This document shows, one piece after another, positions 28,274-38,235 of a DNA stretch of 64,000 nucleotides. Source of the stretch: Xenococcaceae cyanobacterium (GTDB lineage: Bacteria > Cyanobacteriota > Cyanobacteriia > Cyanobacteriales > JBFRWF01); the NCBI GenBank assembly GCA_051439465.1, contig JBFRWF010000101.1:12448-76447 (forward strand). The letters run 5' to 3'. A program made the translations under genes and the position numbers. The notes beneath the pieces were generated by a model that did not search any database, was not told where the DNA came from, and was given only the letters and a program-made list of their open reading frames with translations. How positions within the stretch are numbered: the first letter of the stretch is position 1; each line of letters starts with the position of its first letter.

Positions 28274-28681
28274 ATGAGACACCAGGCTATCAAAGTCAGG
28301 CTTTATCCTACGACAGAACAGAAAGCTATTTTAGCCCAACACTTTGGCTGCGCTCGTTGGTGGTGGAATTATGCTCTAAATCAATGCATCGAAACCTACA
28401 AAGCCACAAAGAAAGGGTTGTCTCGCTCTGCTCTCAATTCTATGCTTCCTAATCTCAAGAAGGCCGAAGGTACAGAATGGCTGAAAGAATGCTATTCCCA
28501 AGTCTTGCAATCTGTGACTTTGAACTTATCTCGTGCCTATCAAAACTTTTTGTATTTCGCCTCTATATTAATTGAGTCGCCTGAGTCAACCCCAAAAGCT
28601 AACGCGTAAGCCTAAAATGAGGCAATCCCCTGTGAAATTGGAAGCCCACGCTGTACCGAAGGTCAGCGTTGGGTAGTTCAC
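28274..28681 (+). mobile_element. tnpB: Internally deleted IS200/IS605-family tnpB element
   Basis: AIKVRLYPTTEQKAILAQHFGCARWWWNYAL...WLKECYSQVLQ then the coding sequence is lost; right end GAAGCCCACGCTGTACCGAAGGTCAGCGTTGGGTAGTTCAC retained. Confidence 0.85.
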
Positions 28682-28727
28682 ACTTATACAGATGTACCTA
28701 TCCAAGAAGTCCAACTAACCAGCGCCT

Positions 28728-31700
28728 ATGGTTCATATCAAGCGCGTGGAACTCTCGCACTTCAAATCCTTCGGCGGCACTACTCAAATCCCCTTGCTGC
28801 CAGGATTTACCGTAGTTTCTGGGCCAAATGGCTCAGGTAAATCGAATATACTGGATGCCCTGCTATTTTGCCTTGGTCTTTCCACTTCCAAAGGAATGCG
28901 AGCAGAACGCCTCCCAGATTTAGTTAACCACAAACAAAGCAATAATCGCCGTTCCGCTGAAACCAGCGTCTCTGTCACCTTGGATTTGTCTGATTGGGGT
29001 GATTTGGATATCAAGCAAAGGGAAGAAGGGGACAAGGAAGAAATTTCCCAATCCCCAACCCCCAATCCCCAATCCCTAGAATGGACTGTAACCAGGCGTT
29101 TGCGAGTAACTAAGGGGGGAAACTACGCCTCAACTTATTACATGAATGGCCAACCCTGCACCGCCACTGAACTCCACGAACAACTTAACCGCCTGCGGAT
29201 TTATCCCGAAGGCTACAATGTGGTACTCCAAGGAGATGTCACCCGCATTATTACTATGAACTCCCGGGAACGCCGGGAGATTATTGATGAACTGGCGGGA
29301 GTAGCGGAGTTTGACCGCAAAATTAACCAAACGAAGAAAACCCTAGAAGCAGTTAAGGAAAGGGAAGATCGTTGCCGAATTATTGAACAAGAGTTAATTA
29401 AAACTCGCGATCGCCTAGCTGCCGATCGGATCAAAGCGGAAAAATACCAAAAACTGAAAGCCAAAATCCAAGAGAAACAGCAGTGGGAAGTAGTATTAAT
29501 CTGGCGATCGCTCCAACAACAGGAACAGCAACAGAAAGCGCAAATCGCCGCCGGGGAGACAGAAGAAGCCCACTTAAAGGAACAACTCAATACCCTAGCA
29601 ACCCAAATCAGTCAAGCTACCACCTCCCTTGACCAACTCAATAGCCGTGTGAAAGCCTTAGGGGAAGAGGAGCAACTCTCTGTTGCCTCCAAGCTAGCAA
29701 CCCAAAAAGCCAAGCACCATCAACTACAACAGCGTCAACAGGAACTAGAAACTATTGCCACACAGAATAAAGCTTCAATTGAACGCACTGGACAAGAAAT
29801 TGAGCAATATCAGCAAACCTCAGCACAACTAACCCAAGAGAAATCCAGGCTAGAAACCGAAAAAATTACCTCCCTCTCTAGCCAGCGCAACCAAGCCAGA
29901 GAAACCCTCGCGCAGAGTCGGGAAAAAGCCAACGCGATCGCTGCCGCAAGTGAGGCTTGGGTACAAGAGCAAACCGCCTTCAGCCGGGAAATTGCCAGCT
30001 TGCAAAAAACCCTGAATCCCCAACGCACCGAACAAGCACAGTTAACCGAGCGCCACAGCCAGCTACAAAAGAAAATAGAAGAACAAACCCAGCTAATAAA
30101 AGCCACAGAACAGGAAATTGCTACCAAACGAGCAGATGTTGCTTCTTTATCCACCCAAGTTACTACCTCAGACCAACAGGTTCAATCTGTAGCGCAACAA
30201 TTAGCCGCTGCCGAACAAGCACGCAGCATCCAGCAAGACACCCAAACCCGCTTACTCAAAGAACAACGGGAAAAACAACGCCAACTCGATAAATTAGAAG
30301 CTACCAATCAAGCCCAGCAAGAAGCCCAAGGGACTTATGCTACCAAAGTTATTTTACAAGCGAATTTACCGGGGGTTTGTGGCTTAGTTGCCCAACTCGG
30401 ACAAGTGGATCCCCGCTATCAACTGGCACTAGAAACGTCTGCGGGTGGGCGATTGGGGTATATAGTGGTTGAAGATGATGGGGTAGCTGCGGCTGGTATA
30501 GAACTACTGAAACAAAAACGGGCGGGGCGTGCAACATTTTTACCCCTGAATAAAATACAGCTCCCACGCTTGAGCGAAACTGTAGCACTACGGTATGCGA
30601 GAGGTTTTATTGATTTAGCGGTTAATTTAATTAATTGTCAGCCTCGCTATCGCAACATTTTCGCCTATGTTTTCGGGAGTACGGTGGTGTTTGAAACCCT
30701 CAATGATGCTCGCCCTTATCTGGGAAAAAACCGCATTGTCACCTTGGAAGGGGAAATTCTGGAAAGTAGCGGGGCAATGACAGGGGGAAGTAAACCCAAT
30801 CGCTCCTCTCTCCATTTTGGCACCGCTACGGCAGGCGAATCAGGGGAACTAAAAGCCCTAAAAAGACGCTTGGATGAGATAGAGCAAATTTTACAACGCG
30901 GTGAAGAATTAGTATCACAGGGCTCAGAAAATGTCAAGCAGTTAACAGAAGAATTAACTGAAGCGCGACAGCAAAGGCGGGAGCAACAGTTACATTTAGA
31001 GCAGTTACAGCGAGAGATTGAGGGTTTAACTGGTCAAAAAGAGCAATTAAATTCTCAACTTGCCCAAAATCGCCAACAACTTGATACCGCCCAAAATCGG
31101 CTGCAAGTGTTGGCAGCCCAAATCCCTGTTCAAGAAGCCCAACTGCAACAGAAACAACAGCGTTTAACAGAATTAGAAGAGTCTCAGGCTCATAGCGAGT
31201 GGCAAAAAATTCAAACCTTAATTAAAGCCCAAGAAGCGCAGTTGCAGGAGCGAGAGGAGGCTTTGCGTCAAGCAGAGGAACAGTTAAAGGATTTGTCCAA
31301 TCAGTACCTACGCTTGGAAGAGAAAATCACCGAATCTCACCAACGCCTAGAAGAATATCAGCAACGACAGGTAGAAGTTAGCACTCAGCAGTCAGCTATC
31401 AGCACTCAGCTATGGGAGATTGGTGGGCAAATAGCAGAAACTGAGGCAGTTTTGCAGCAGTTATCGGAGAAACTGGAGGAGGCGAAAAAAGAACGCGATC
31501 GCGCTGAAGAATATCTGAGAAAGTTACAAAATCAACAGCAACAGAAATCCTGGCAACAGCAAAAACTCCAGGAAACTCAACAGGAACGACTCCAATCTCT
31601 CCAAAGCTTGCAACAACAGATACAAGCTCAACAAGGGGAACTCCCAGATCCTTTACCTGAGATTCCGATGCTGGTTGCTTCTGGTGAAGCGGATGGGGAA

Positions 31701-32375
31701 GGGGGGGCAATTGCCTTTGAGAGTTTCACCGCCCAATTAGAACAACTGCAAAAGGAACTGCGCAACGCCCAGAAGCGTCTCCAGGCAATGGAACCTGTAA
31801 ATATGCTAGCCTTAGAAGAATATGACCGTACTCAGGCACGTCTGGAGGAACTTTCCTCAAAACTGACAACCTTGGAAGCAGAACGAACTGAATTGCTACT
31901 AAGAATCGAAAACTTTACCACCCTGCGCTTCCGCGCCTTCAAAGAAGCCTTCGATGCTGTGAACGAAAACTTTCAAAGTATCTTTGCCAGCCTTTCAGAA
32001 GGAGATGGCTACCTACAACTAGATGACCCAGAAAATCCCTTTAATGGCGGTCTTAACCTCATTGCCCATCCCAAAGGCAAACCAGTGCAGCGTTTGAGTT
32101 CCATGTCAGGAGGGGAAAAATCCTTGACTGCTCTGAGTTTTATCTTTGCTCTACAAAGATATCGCCCCTCTCCCTTCTACGCCTTTGATGAAGTTGATAT
32201 GTTTTTAGATGGGGCAAATGTGGAGCGATTAGCTAGAATGATTAAAAAGCAAGCACAGCAAGCTCAATTTATTGTGGTCAGCTTACGCAGACCGATGATT
32301 GAGTCTTCTGAGCGCACCATTGGAGTCACACAAGCCAGGGGAGCTTATACTCAAGTGTTAGGAATCAAACTTTAG
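28728..32375 (+). CDS. smc: Chromosome segregation protein SMC
   Basis: FKSF, GPNGSGKSN, hinge GRATFLPLN, MSGGEKSL, FDEVD; long coiled coils. Confidence 0.97.
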   Translation: MVHIKRVELSHFKSFGGTTQIPLLPGFTVVSGPNGSGKSNILDALLFCLGLSTSKGMRAERLPDLVNHKQSNNRRSAETSVSVTLDLSDWGDLDIKQREEGDKEEISQSPTPNPQSLEWTVTRRLRVTKGGNYASTYYMNGQPCTATELHEQLNRLRIYPEGYNVVLQGDVTRIITMNSRERREIIDELAGVAEFDRKINQTKKTLEAVKEREDRCRIIEQELIKTRDRLAADRIKAEKYQKLKAKIQEKQQWEVVLIWRSLQQQEQQQKAQIAAGETEEAHLKEQLNTLATQISQATTSLDQLNSRVKALGEEEQLSVASKLATQKAKHHQLQQRQQELETIATQNKASIERTGQEIEQYQQTSAQLTQEKSRLETEKITSLSSQRNQARETLAQSREKANAIAAASEAWVQEQTAFSREIASLQKTLNPQRTEQAQLTERHSQLQKKIEEQTQLIKATEQEIATKRADVASLSTQVTTSDQQVQSVAQQLAAAEQARSIQQDTQTRLLKEQREKQRQLDKLEATNQAQQEAQGTYATKVILQANLPGVCGLVAQLGQVDPRYQLALETSAGGRLGYIVVEDDGVAAAGIELLKQKRAGRATFLPLNKIQLPRLSETVALRYARGFIDLAVNLINCQPRYRNIFAYVFGSTVVFETLNDARPYLGKNRIVTLEGEILESSGAMTGGSKPNRSSLHFGTATAGESGELKALKRRLDEIEQILQRGEELVSQGSENVKQLTEELTEARQQRREQQLHLEQLQREIEGLTGQKEQLNSQLAQNRQQLDTAQNRLQVLAAQIPVQEAQLQQKQQRLTELEESQAHSEWQKIQTLIKAQEAQLQEREEALRQAEEQLKDLSNQYLRLEEKITESHQRLEEYQQRQVEVSTQQSAISTQLWEIGGQIAETEAVLQQLSEKLEEAKKERDRAEEYLRKLQNQQQQKSWQQQKLQETQQERLQSLQSLQQQIQAQQGELPDPLPEIPMLVASGEADGEGGAIAFESFTAQLEQLQKELRNAQKRLQAMEPVNMLALEEYDRTQARLEELSSKLTTLEAERTELLLRIENFTTLRFRAFKEAFDAVNENFQSIFASLSEGDGYLQLDDPENPFNGGLNLIAHPKGKPVQRLSSMSGGEKSLTALSFIFALQRYRPSPFYAFDEVDMFLDGANVERLARMIKKQAQQAQFIVVSLRRPMIESSERTIGVTQARGAYTQVLGIKL

Positions 32376-32472
32376 CTTAAGTTATTATCGGTAAATTAGA
32401 ACTCACAGGTCACGATTAGGAAACAAATTTTCATATTCCCACAGGATGCAAGAGCTTAGATTGCAAGACAAA

Positions 32473-33471
32473 ATGACAACTGATCTGATCCGTCTACGAG
32501 CGGAATTTTTGAATACTCAGGTAATCACTCGCAACACAGGCAAGCGGTTGGGAGTGGTAAAAGAGCTATTAGTAGATATTGACCGACGGGAAGTGGTAGC
32601 GTTGGGACTGCGAGACAACCTGCTCTCGCTTTCGGGAATGCCAAAATATATGTACCGCACCAGTATCCGGCAAAGCGGCGATGTCATTCTGGTAGAGGAT
32701 GAAGATGTAATTGAAGATATCGACATTGATGCCTACAGTCCTTTAATCCATAGCGAGGTGATTACCGAAGCTGGTGAGCCTTTAGGCAAAGTCCGCGATT
32801 TCCAATTTAATCTTGAGGATGGTATCGTTTCTTCTCTGATTATCGACTCTCTAGGGATGCCCCAAGTTCCCGACCAGATAATTAGTACTTACGAACTTCC
32901 GGTTGAGGAAATTGTCAGCAGTGGTCCCAATCGAATCATTGTCTTTGAAGGATCCGAAGATAGGATTACTCAGCTCACAGTCGGTATTCTAGAGCGTTTG
33001 GGGATTGGCAGACCTCCCTGGGAGAGGGAAGAAGAAGGATACTACGCCCCAACCACCCCAGCAGACAAGCAACTGGGAACGGGGATTCCAGTGCGTACCC
33101 CCGTATCTAAGCCAGTTGAAACCAGGGCTCCCGCCGTGGAAGGTAACTGGGATGAGGACGATTGGGAACAAACCCGCACCACACCACCGCCTCGGCAACA
33201 GGCTGAATCGATTCGCTATGAAGAATACGAAGAAGGGGAGTTAGAAGAGGATAACTGGGGCGATGTTAGAACTGAGCGACCGGTAGTTCGGTATGAAGCG
33301 TCAGCATATGAACCAAAGTCTCGCTCCAAGGACTACGAATATGACTACGATGATGTCCACAATGATGTCTGGGATGATGATGTAGAACCTGAGCCTTACA
33401 ATCCTCCCCGGGTCAACATTCCTGAGAAAAAGAAAGAGAAAGCCCCAGAGTACGAAGAAGAAGCAGGTTAA
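32473..33471 (+). CDS. Tandem PRC-barrel protein with acidic tail
   Basis: Two PRC-like units (LNTQVITRNTGKRLGVV; IHSEVITEAGEPLGKVRDF), in the usual position after smc in cyanobacteria. Confidence 0.85.
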   Translation: MTTDLIRLRAEFLNTQVITRNTGKRLGVVKELLVDIDRREVVALGLRDNLLSLSGMPKYMYRTSIRQSGDVILVEDEDVIEDIDIDAYSPLIHSEVITEAGEPLGKVRDFQFNLEDGIVSSLIIDSLGMPQVPDQIISTYELPVEEIVSSGPNRIIVFEGSEDRITQLTVGILERLGIGRPPWEREEEGYYAPTTPADKQLGTGIPVRTPVSKPVETRAPAVEGNWDEDDWEQTRTTPPPRQQAESIRYEEYEEGELEEDNWGDVRTERPVVRYEASAYEPKSRSKDYEYDYDDVHNDVWDDDVEPEPYNPPRVNIPEKKKEKAPEYEEEAG

Positions 33472-33566
33472 AGGGTGATGGGGGAAAGCGATCGCTGATT
33501 TCGCTGGGATGTCGGAAGAGCGATCGCTGCTAGAAGAGGCAATCTCCCCAAAATCCTCAGGTGTAT

Positions 33567-33628
33567 GTAGGGGCACGGCATCAACAAATTCTGGTATTAA
33601 CAGACAAACTTTATTACGCCGTGCCCCC
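33567..33628. repeat. GTAG-type REP-like hairpin
   Basis: GTAGGGGCACGGCA ... CGCCGTGCCCCTA; similar motifs at 35390-35455 and 36545-36568. Confidence 0.6.
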
Positions 33629-33675
33629 TAAGTATGTTTGTACTCCTTTTCAGCTAATCAGGAGAGACATATAAA

Positions 33676-35319
33676 ATGTCATCAGAAAATTTCAATCAAG
33701 AAAACTCAGAGAAAGAAAAATCAGGAGAAGAAACTAAAAGGAAAAATTTAGATGAACACCGTGAAACTATTAAGAAGCTAGTAACAGGGACAGCGACTGA
33801 GGAGTTCCGAGAACTAATTGGCAGCTGGGTTCAATTGATTGCTTATGGCGATGACCCACTTCTTGTAGAAATGGGAGCGGAAAAACTGCGAGCCAGCGAT
33901 CAGGATCATGAGGCTGTACTTCCTTTAATTGATAAATTTAAAAAAAAAGGTCTCTTCGCAGTTCCTAGCAAAGAACTTCAAGATAAGATTATTGAATTCT
34001 TAAGTCCCGTTGCTTATAAAGAGTCTATGATAAAACTTATAAATCGAGACCCCCTAGAAAAAAGCGATCGAGATAATATCAAAAAATGGCTGGACTCTTT
34101 TGATCAAAAAAAATGGCTGGAGTCTGTGGAAGAATTAGATGAGGTAAAAACTTTAAAGAAAGAATATCAGGCTCAGGGTTGGGATGATGAGGAATATTCT
34201 AGAAATATAGCTTACCTACGGATAAAGAAAGAACTTGAGATTCGAGAGTTGAATGTTCGCAAAAGAATAGCTAGACAACTAGCTGACATGAGCGATCGAA
34301 GATTCATTGAGGAATATGGGAAGACACAAGAACAATTTGAAAATATCCGAAAAGAGTTAAACAAACATGCTGTGCCAGCACTAATAGGATTGTTGTCACA
34401 GGAAGACGATATTGATATCCGGGAAACGATGGTTCGTATTCTTGCTAATGTAAGCACACCAGAGGCTGTTGATGCTTTAGTAAGATCAGTAACTGGCGAA
34501 GAAAGAATACGTGCTGAGCGTCAAAAATTGTTGTCCGAGTACTATTTAGAGCCATCTAAACAACGTAGTGAGGAAGCTGCAAATCTCCTACAAGAAGCAG
34601 TGGGTGAGGCAAAAAGAACGCTAAGGCTTCTTCAATGGCTGAATATAGGGGTATTTTTAGTGGGTGTAGTTCTACTTATAGGAGGAGTAATAATTGGTGT
34701 ATTTAATGAAGATGTTGGTGCCCGTTGGATTGGCGGAGTTTCAGGAGTATTAGGAGGTACTAGTATTGTTACACAACTAATAAGAGATCCGCTCAACCGT
34801 ATTCAGAATGCGATGGCAGATCTGATCCAACTAGAGACTGCATTCACAAGTTTTATCTGGGAATTGAATCTAAACGGCACTTATATTCAAAGTCAATACG
34901 TGTCTAAAGGAGAGCTAGCTGATAGTGATATTAATCAGACTGTCAATCGGATCGAGCAGGCGATGAATTCAGCTATGAATTTAGTTTCTGTTTATACAGA
35001 AGAAGGTAGCCAACGTATTGTTACTCGCATTAACAATCTATTACCCCCCGTCGGCGCACTTGAAGATACAATTACTATTTTTGGTCAACATTTACAAGGG
35101 GATAGCAGCCAGAAAAAAGAGCGGACTGGTATAATTGCCATCAACCACACGCCAATTAGAGCAGAAAATGTATCCTGGAACTCAAACGAGGTGAAATTTA
35201 AGTTACCTTCTAAAATACCCCAACTAGACACACAAGAAGGAACAATATGGGTGAGTCTGTTGATTGATGGCATGGAAACAAATTCTCTACCTTTTCATGT
35301 AGTGAATCAATCAAGTTGA
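33676..35319 (+). CDS. HEAT-like repeat + two-TM + IPT/TIG-like domain protein
   Basis: AVPALIGLL...IRETMVRILANV..PEAVDALV; two hydrophobic Gly-rich helices; C-terminal TITIFGQHL...SWNSNEVKFKLP...NSLPFHV. Confidence 0.65.
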   Translation: MSSENFNQENSEKEKSGEETKRKNLDEHRETIKKLVTGTATEEFRELIGSWVQLIAYGDDPLLVEMGAEKLRASDQDHEAVLPLIDKFKKKGLFAVPSKELQDKIIEFLSPVAYKESMIKLINRDPLEKSDRDNIKKWLDSFDQKKWLESVEELDEVKTLKKEYQAQGWDDEEYSRNIAYLRIKKELEIRELNVRKRIARQLADMSDRRFIEEYGKTQEQFENIRKELNKHAVPALIGLLSQEDDIDIRETMVRILANVSTPEAVDALVRSVTGEERIRAERQKLLSEYYLEPSKQRSEEAANLLQEAVGEAKRTLRLLQWLNIGVFLVGVVLLIGGVIIGVFNEDVGARWIGGVSGVLGGTSIVTQLIRDPLNRIQNAMADLIQLETAFTSFIWELNLNGTYIQSQYVSKGELADSDINQTVNRIEQAMNSAMNLVSVYTEEGSQRIVTRINNLLPPVGALEDTITIFGQHLQGDSSQKKERTGIIAINHTPIRAENVSWNSNEVKFKLPSKIPQLDTQEGTIWVSLLIDGMETNSLPFHVVNQSS

Positions 35320-35469
35320 TATCGCCAATCACCAGCGCTTGACGGCAAGGAAACAGGGCACAGGGAACAGTATCAGTTATCTAATGAGCGGGCGCAAGCC
35401 TTGCGCCCATACAGCCGGATAATTCCCCAAATGTAGGGGCGTAAGGCTTGCGCCCAAAATGTAATATAA

Positions 35470-35750
35470 ACTTACTATTAAGTCTAAGATAAATTGCTTT
35501 AAATCCGGTCGGTTTCGCGGGAATAACCGTAAGTAATTTGGATTGGCTGCGGGCTAATTTATTGGACTTCTTCTTGATTAGTTAATGTCGGAATTGGCAG
35601 GACGGGTAATTCCTGCTCATATTTTCCATGAACTGAAAATGAAGTGGCATCTAAGTGGGAAAAATCCGTCGATATTCCATATTTTTTCTGGGCAGCTAGT
35701 GCCATCAATAAAAAGATATTTGACAATCCATAAGAGTAAAGTTCATTCAT
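35470..35750 (-). mobile_element. IS1634-family transposase remnant
   Basis: FSHLDATSFSVHGKY, then PIQITYGYSR and (frameshifted) RPDLKQFILDL. Confidence 0.8.
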
Positions 35751-35831
35751 TTTCTGTGTTGTTTTTATGCTACATTTTGAAGTGCATAATGTGGGTTACA
35801 ATTGTAATTACTACTAGAGTCCAAAACAATA

Positions 35832-36053
35832 ATGAAGTTAAAACTCAGAAAAATTGGAAATTCTATCGGAACTACTTTTCCCAAAGAAATCCTTGACAAG
35901 TTACAAGTCAGTGAAGGAGACACCCTCTATCTGACTGAAACCCCCGACGGGGTACAGCTAACCGCTTACGATCCTGAATTTGAACAGGTCATGGAAGCAG
36001 CAGAAATAGTAACCCGCCGTTACCGAAATGCCTTAAAAGAATTGGCCAAGTGA
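35832..36053 (+). CDS. AbrB/MazE-type antitoxin
   Basis: LKLRKIGNSIG..FPKEIL..L...EGD; overlaps the toxin start. Confidence 0.85.
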   Translation: MKLKLRKIGNSIGTTFPKEILDKLQVSEGDTLYLTETPDGVQLTAYDPEFEQVMEAAEIVTRRYRNALKELAK

Positions 36054-36424
36054 GCGAACTTATCTGGATTACACCCCGAATGGCTAGGGCAATTCAAAGC
36101 AAGCAGCTTGCTTTGTTTGGCGGATCTTCTGGTATTTTGGATGAAGGTAAGTTATCTTCGGCCTTGGCTAGAGCCAAACACCTTTACACCTACCAAAGAG
36201 ATGCTAGTCTTTATGAATTAGCCGCTACCATTGGTTGGGGATTAGTTAAAAACCACCCTTTTGTTGATGGCAACAAACGTACTGCTTTTGTGGTGATGGC
36301 AGTTTTCCTCAAGGTTAACGGAATTGATTTAATTGTGCCAGAGATGGAAGTGGTGACGGTTATGTTGGCTTTAGCTGCGGGGGATCTCAGTGAGCAACAG
36401 CTTAGTGATTGGCTTTCTATCTAG
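36050..36424 (+). CDS. doc: Doc-family (Fic fold) toxin
   Basis: HPFVDGNKRTA motif. Confidence 0.9.
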   Translation: MSELIWITPRMARAIQSKQLALFGGSSGILDEGKLSSALARAKHLYTYQRDASLYELAATIGWGLVKNHPFVDGNKRTAFVVMAVFLKVNGIDLIVPEMEVVTVMLALAAGDLSEQQLSDWLSI

Positions 36425-36794
36425 GGCTTGCTGAATAAAACTGAAACTTTTAGAGTCATCGAAAAGTTTCTCAGAATAGCGCGATCGCTCTTCGCACAGT
36501 TCAGTTTATTTCTGTCCACCTACTTATCGTCAAGTGCGGTTAACGTAGGGGCGCACCGACGTGCGCCCAATCATCTGGATGACTCCACCAGAGAAATATT
36601 AGGTTTTCGACACACATCCAAAAATCGAATAACCTAGAGCGGCAGTCCAGTAAAAGTTCTTGACAAAAAGAACATTCTGTGTATCTCTAAGAAGCTGGAG
36701 TTGAGACTAGAGAGATTTCGTCCGTCGGGTTCCCTTTTAGGAAGAAGATCATGTAACGACTTTCAAGATTTATTAATTGCGTCATCTATATCAG

Positions 36795-38201
36795 TTACTT
36801 TTTAGCTCCCAAACTTAAGCATACAGCCGGGTCTCCGATAATGACATAGTTCTGGGCATCATTTCGGCATATCCAAAGATCTGTAAAGTTTTTTGGGTCA
36901 GGATCTATTCCCAATTCTTCCATGTCTTCAACTAAGTTTAGTAAATCATTACTAAGGTCTGCATATTTTTGATTAAAGGCTGACAATGCAAAGCCTACCG
37001 GTTTTCCTCTCAGTAGCTTAGCCAGTGTCAATGCGAAGGATTCAATACGTCGCTCTCCCGTTGCCACGCTGGTAAAGGCATGAACCCATGCTGGATCTAC
37101 ATGGCCTATTACTGCTAGTGTTCCGCCTTTTGGATTCGCCAGCAAAGATTTTGGTAAGTAAGCAACGAAGTCCTCTTTTCCTTGCCAAGACTCCAATTTT
37201 TGTCGCGCTTGTGTTCCTGGCACATAGCGAATAAAGTCACTGTGAGAGCGTGTTCCAGCGCCATAGCAGGCAAAGGTAAAGAGAATGCCCCCTGGCAAAC
37301 AGAACCCTTCTGCAACATCATATCCACTGATGAAGCCTTGTCGCTTTTGAGAAGTCAGTGGTAGCTTGTAGTCTTGACAAATTATACTGCCCTGTAAAAA
37401 ACGCTGGTCGGGATCGGTGGCTGGGATTGCTGCACCGTGACTAGCGCTGAAGACAACAGCTGGTGTCTTTTCAGAGTTATGGGCATTTAAAGCAGCCAGT
37501 AAGTTAGCCTTAGTTGCATTATTTCCAATCAAAGCATCATAAGTCAGAGTAGTGGGTATATCTTTAACTTCAGGTAAATCCTTCAGTATAGGACCAACCA
37601 GGTGCTCACTAGTCTGACTGGTGGGATCATCATCCGAATGCCGAGGGGCGAAAAACACTACCCGTTTTCCTGGGGCTTGTATCTGATTCCTTTCATAGTT
37701 CACTACGGTGTGAGCATAGTAAACATAGTCCTTTGATTCGTCGAAATCAATGCGACCTACTGCCCTTAGAACTGCCAAGGAAAATTGCAAATCATAAGGT
37801 ATTTTAGTAGGGCTGCCAGCGATGAGGACATAATAAGGAAACTGCTTAAAATCGATATGATCGGCATGATATTTACGTTTCCAGTCATAAACTGACTCTC
37901 CGTTGTAGATAAAAACTTGACCCGCACGGCGTTCAATCAAGAGAGTAAGTCTTTCTTTCATCTCCTCAGCCTCGTCAGCATGAACCAACAGACCCCAGCC
38001 CACTTGTGCTGGATCGTCTAATTCGTTTTCTTCCCATCTCCTTTCCTGAGTGTAGATTCTCTTTTCTTGACGACTTTGCTCTGGGGCATAGTTATCTAAA
38101 ACCCATTTAGTCAGTTCTCTATATCGGACAGGCTCAATCAGAGGATCACCTGTAGTTGCATCCAGACCATTGAGGTAAAGTAACTGCTCGTTATTTTCCA
38201 T
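36795..38201 (-). CDS. Peptidase C25 (gingipain-like, clan CD) family protein
   Basis: PYYVLIAGSP, AVGRIDF, catalytic-type SASHG and FACYG, LAVIGH, NYVIIGDPA. Confidence 0.75.
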   Translation of the reverse strand: MENNEQLLYLNGLDATTGDPLIEPVRYRELTKWVLDNYAPEQSRQEKRIYTQERRWEENELDDPAQVGWGLLVHADEAEEMKERLTLLIERRAGQVFIYNGESVYDWKRKYHADHIDFKQFPYYVLIAGSPTKIPYDLQFSLAVLRAVGRIDFDESKDYVYYAHTVVNYERNQIQAPGKRVVFFAPRHSDDDPTSQTSEHLVGPILKDLPEVKDIPTTLTYDALIGNNATKANLLAALNAHNSEKTPAVVFSASHGAAIPATDPDQRFLQGSIICQDYKLPLTSQKRQGFISGYDVAEGFCLPGGILFTFACYGAGTRSHSDFIRYVPGTQARQKLESWQGKEDFVAYLPKSLLANPKGGTLAVIGHVDPAWVHAFTSVATGERRIESFALTLAKLLRGKPVGFALSAFNQKYADLSNDLLNLVEDMEELGIDPDPKNFTDLWICRNDAQNYVIIGDPAVCLSLGAKK

Positions 38202-38235
38202 TTTTATTGCTCCATTCACGTTGATGGTCTTCTGT

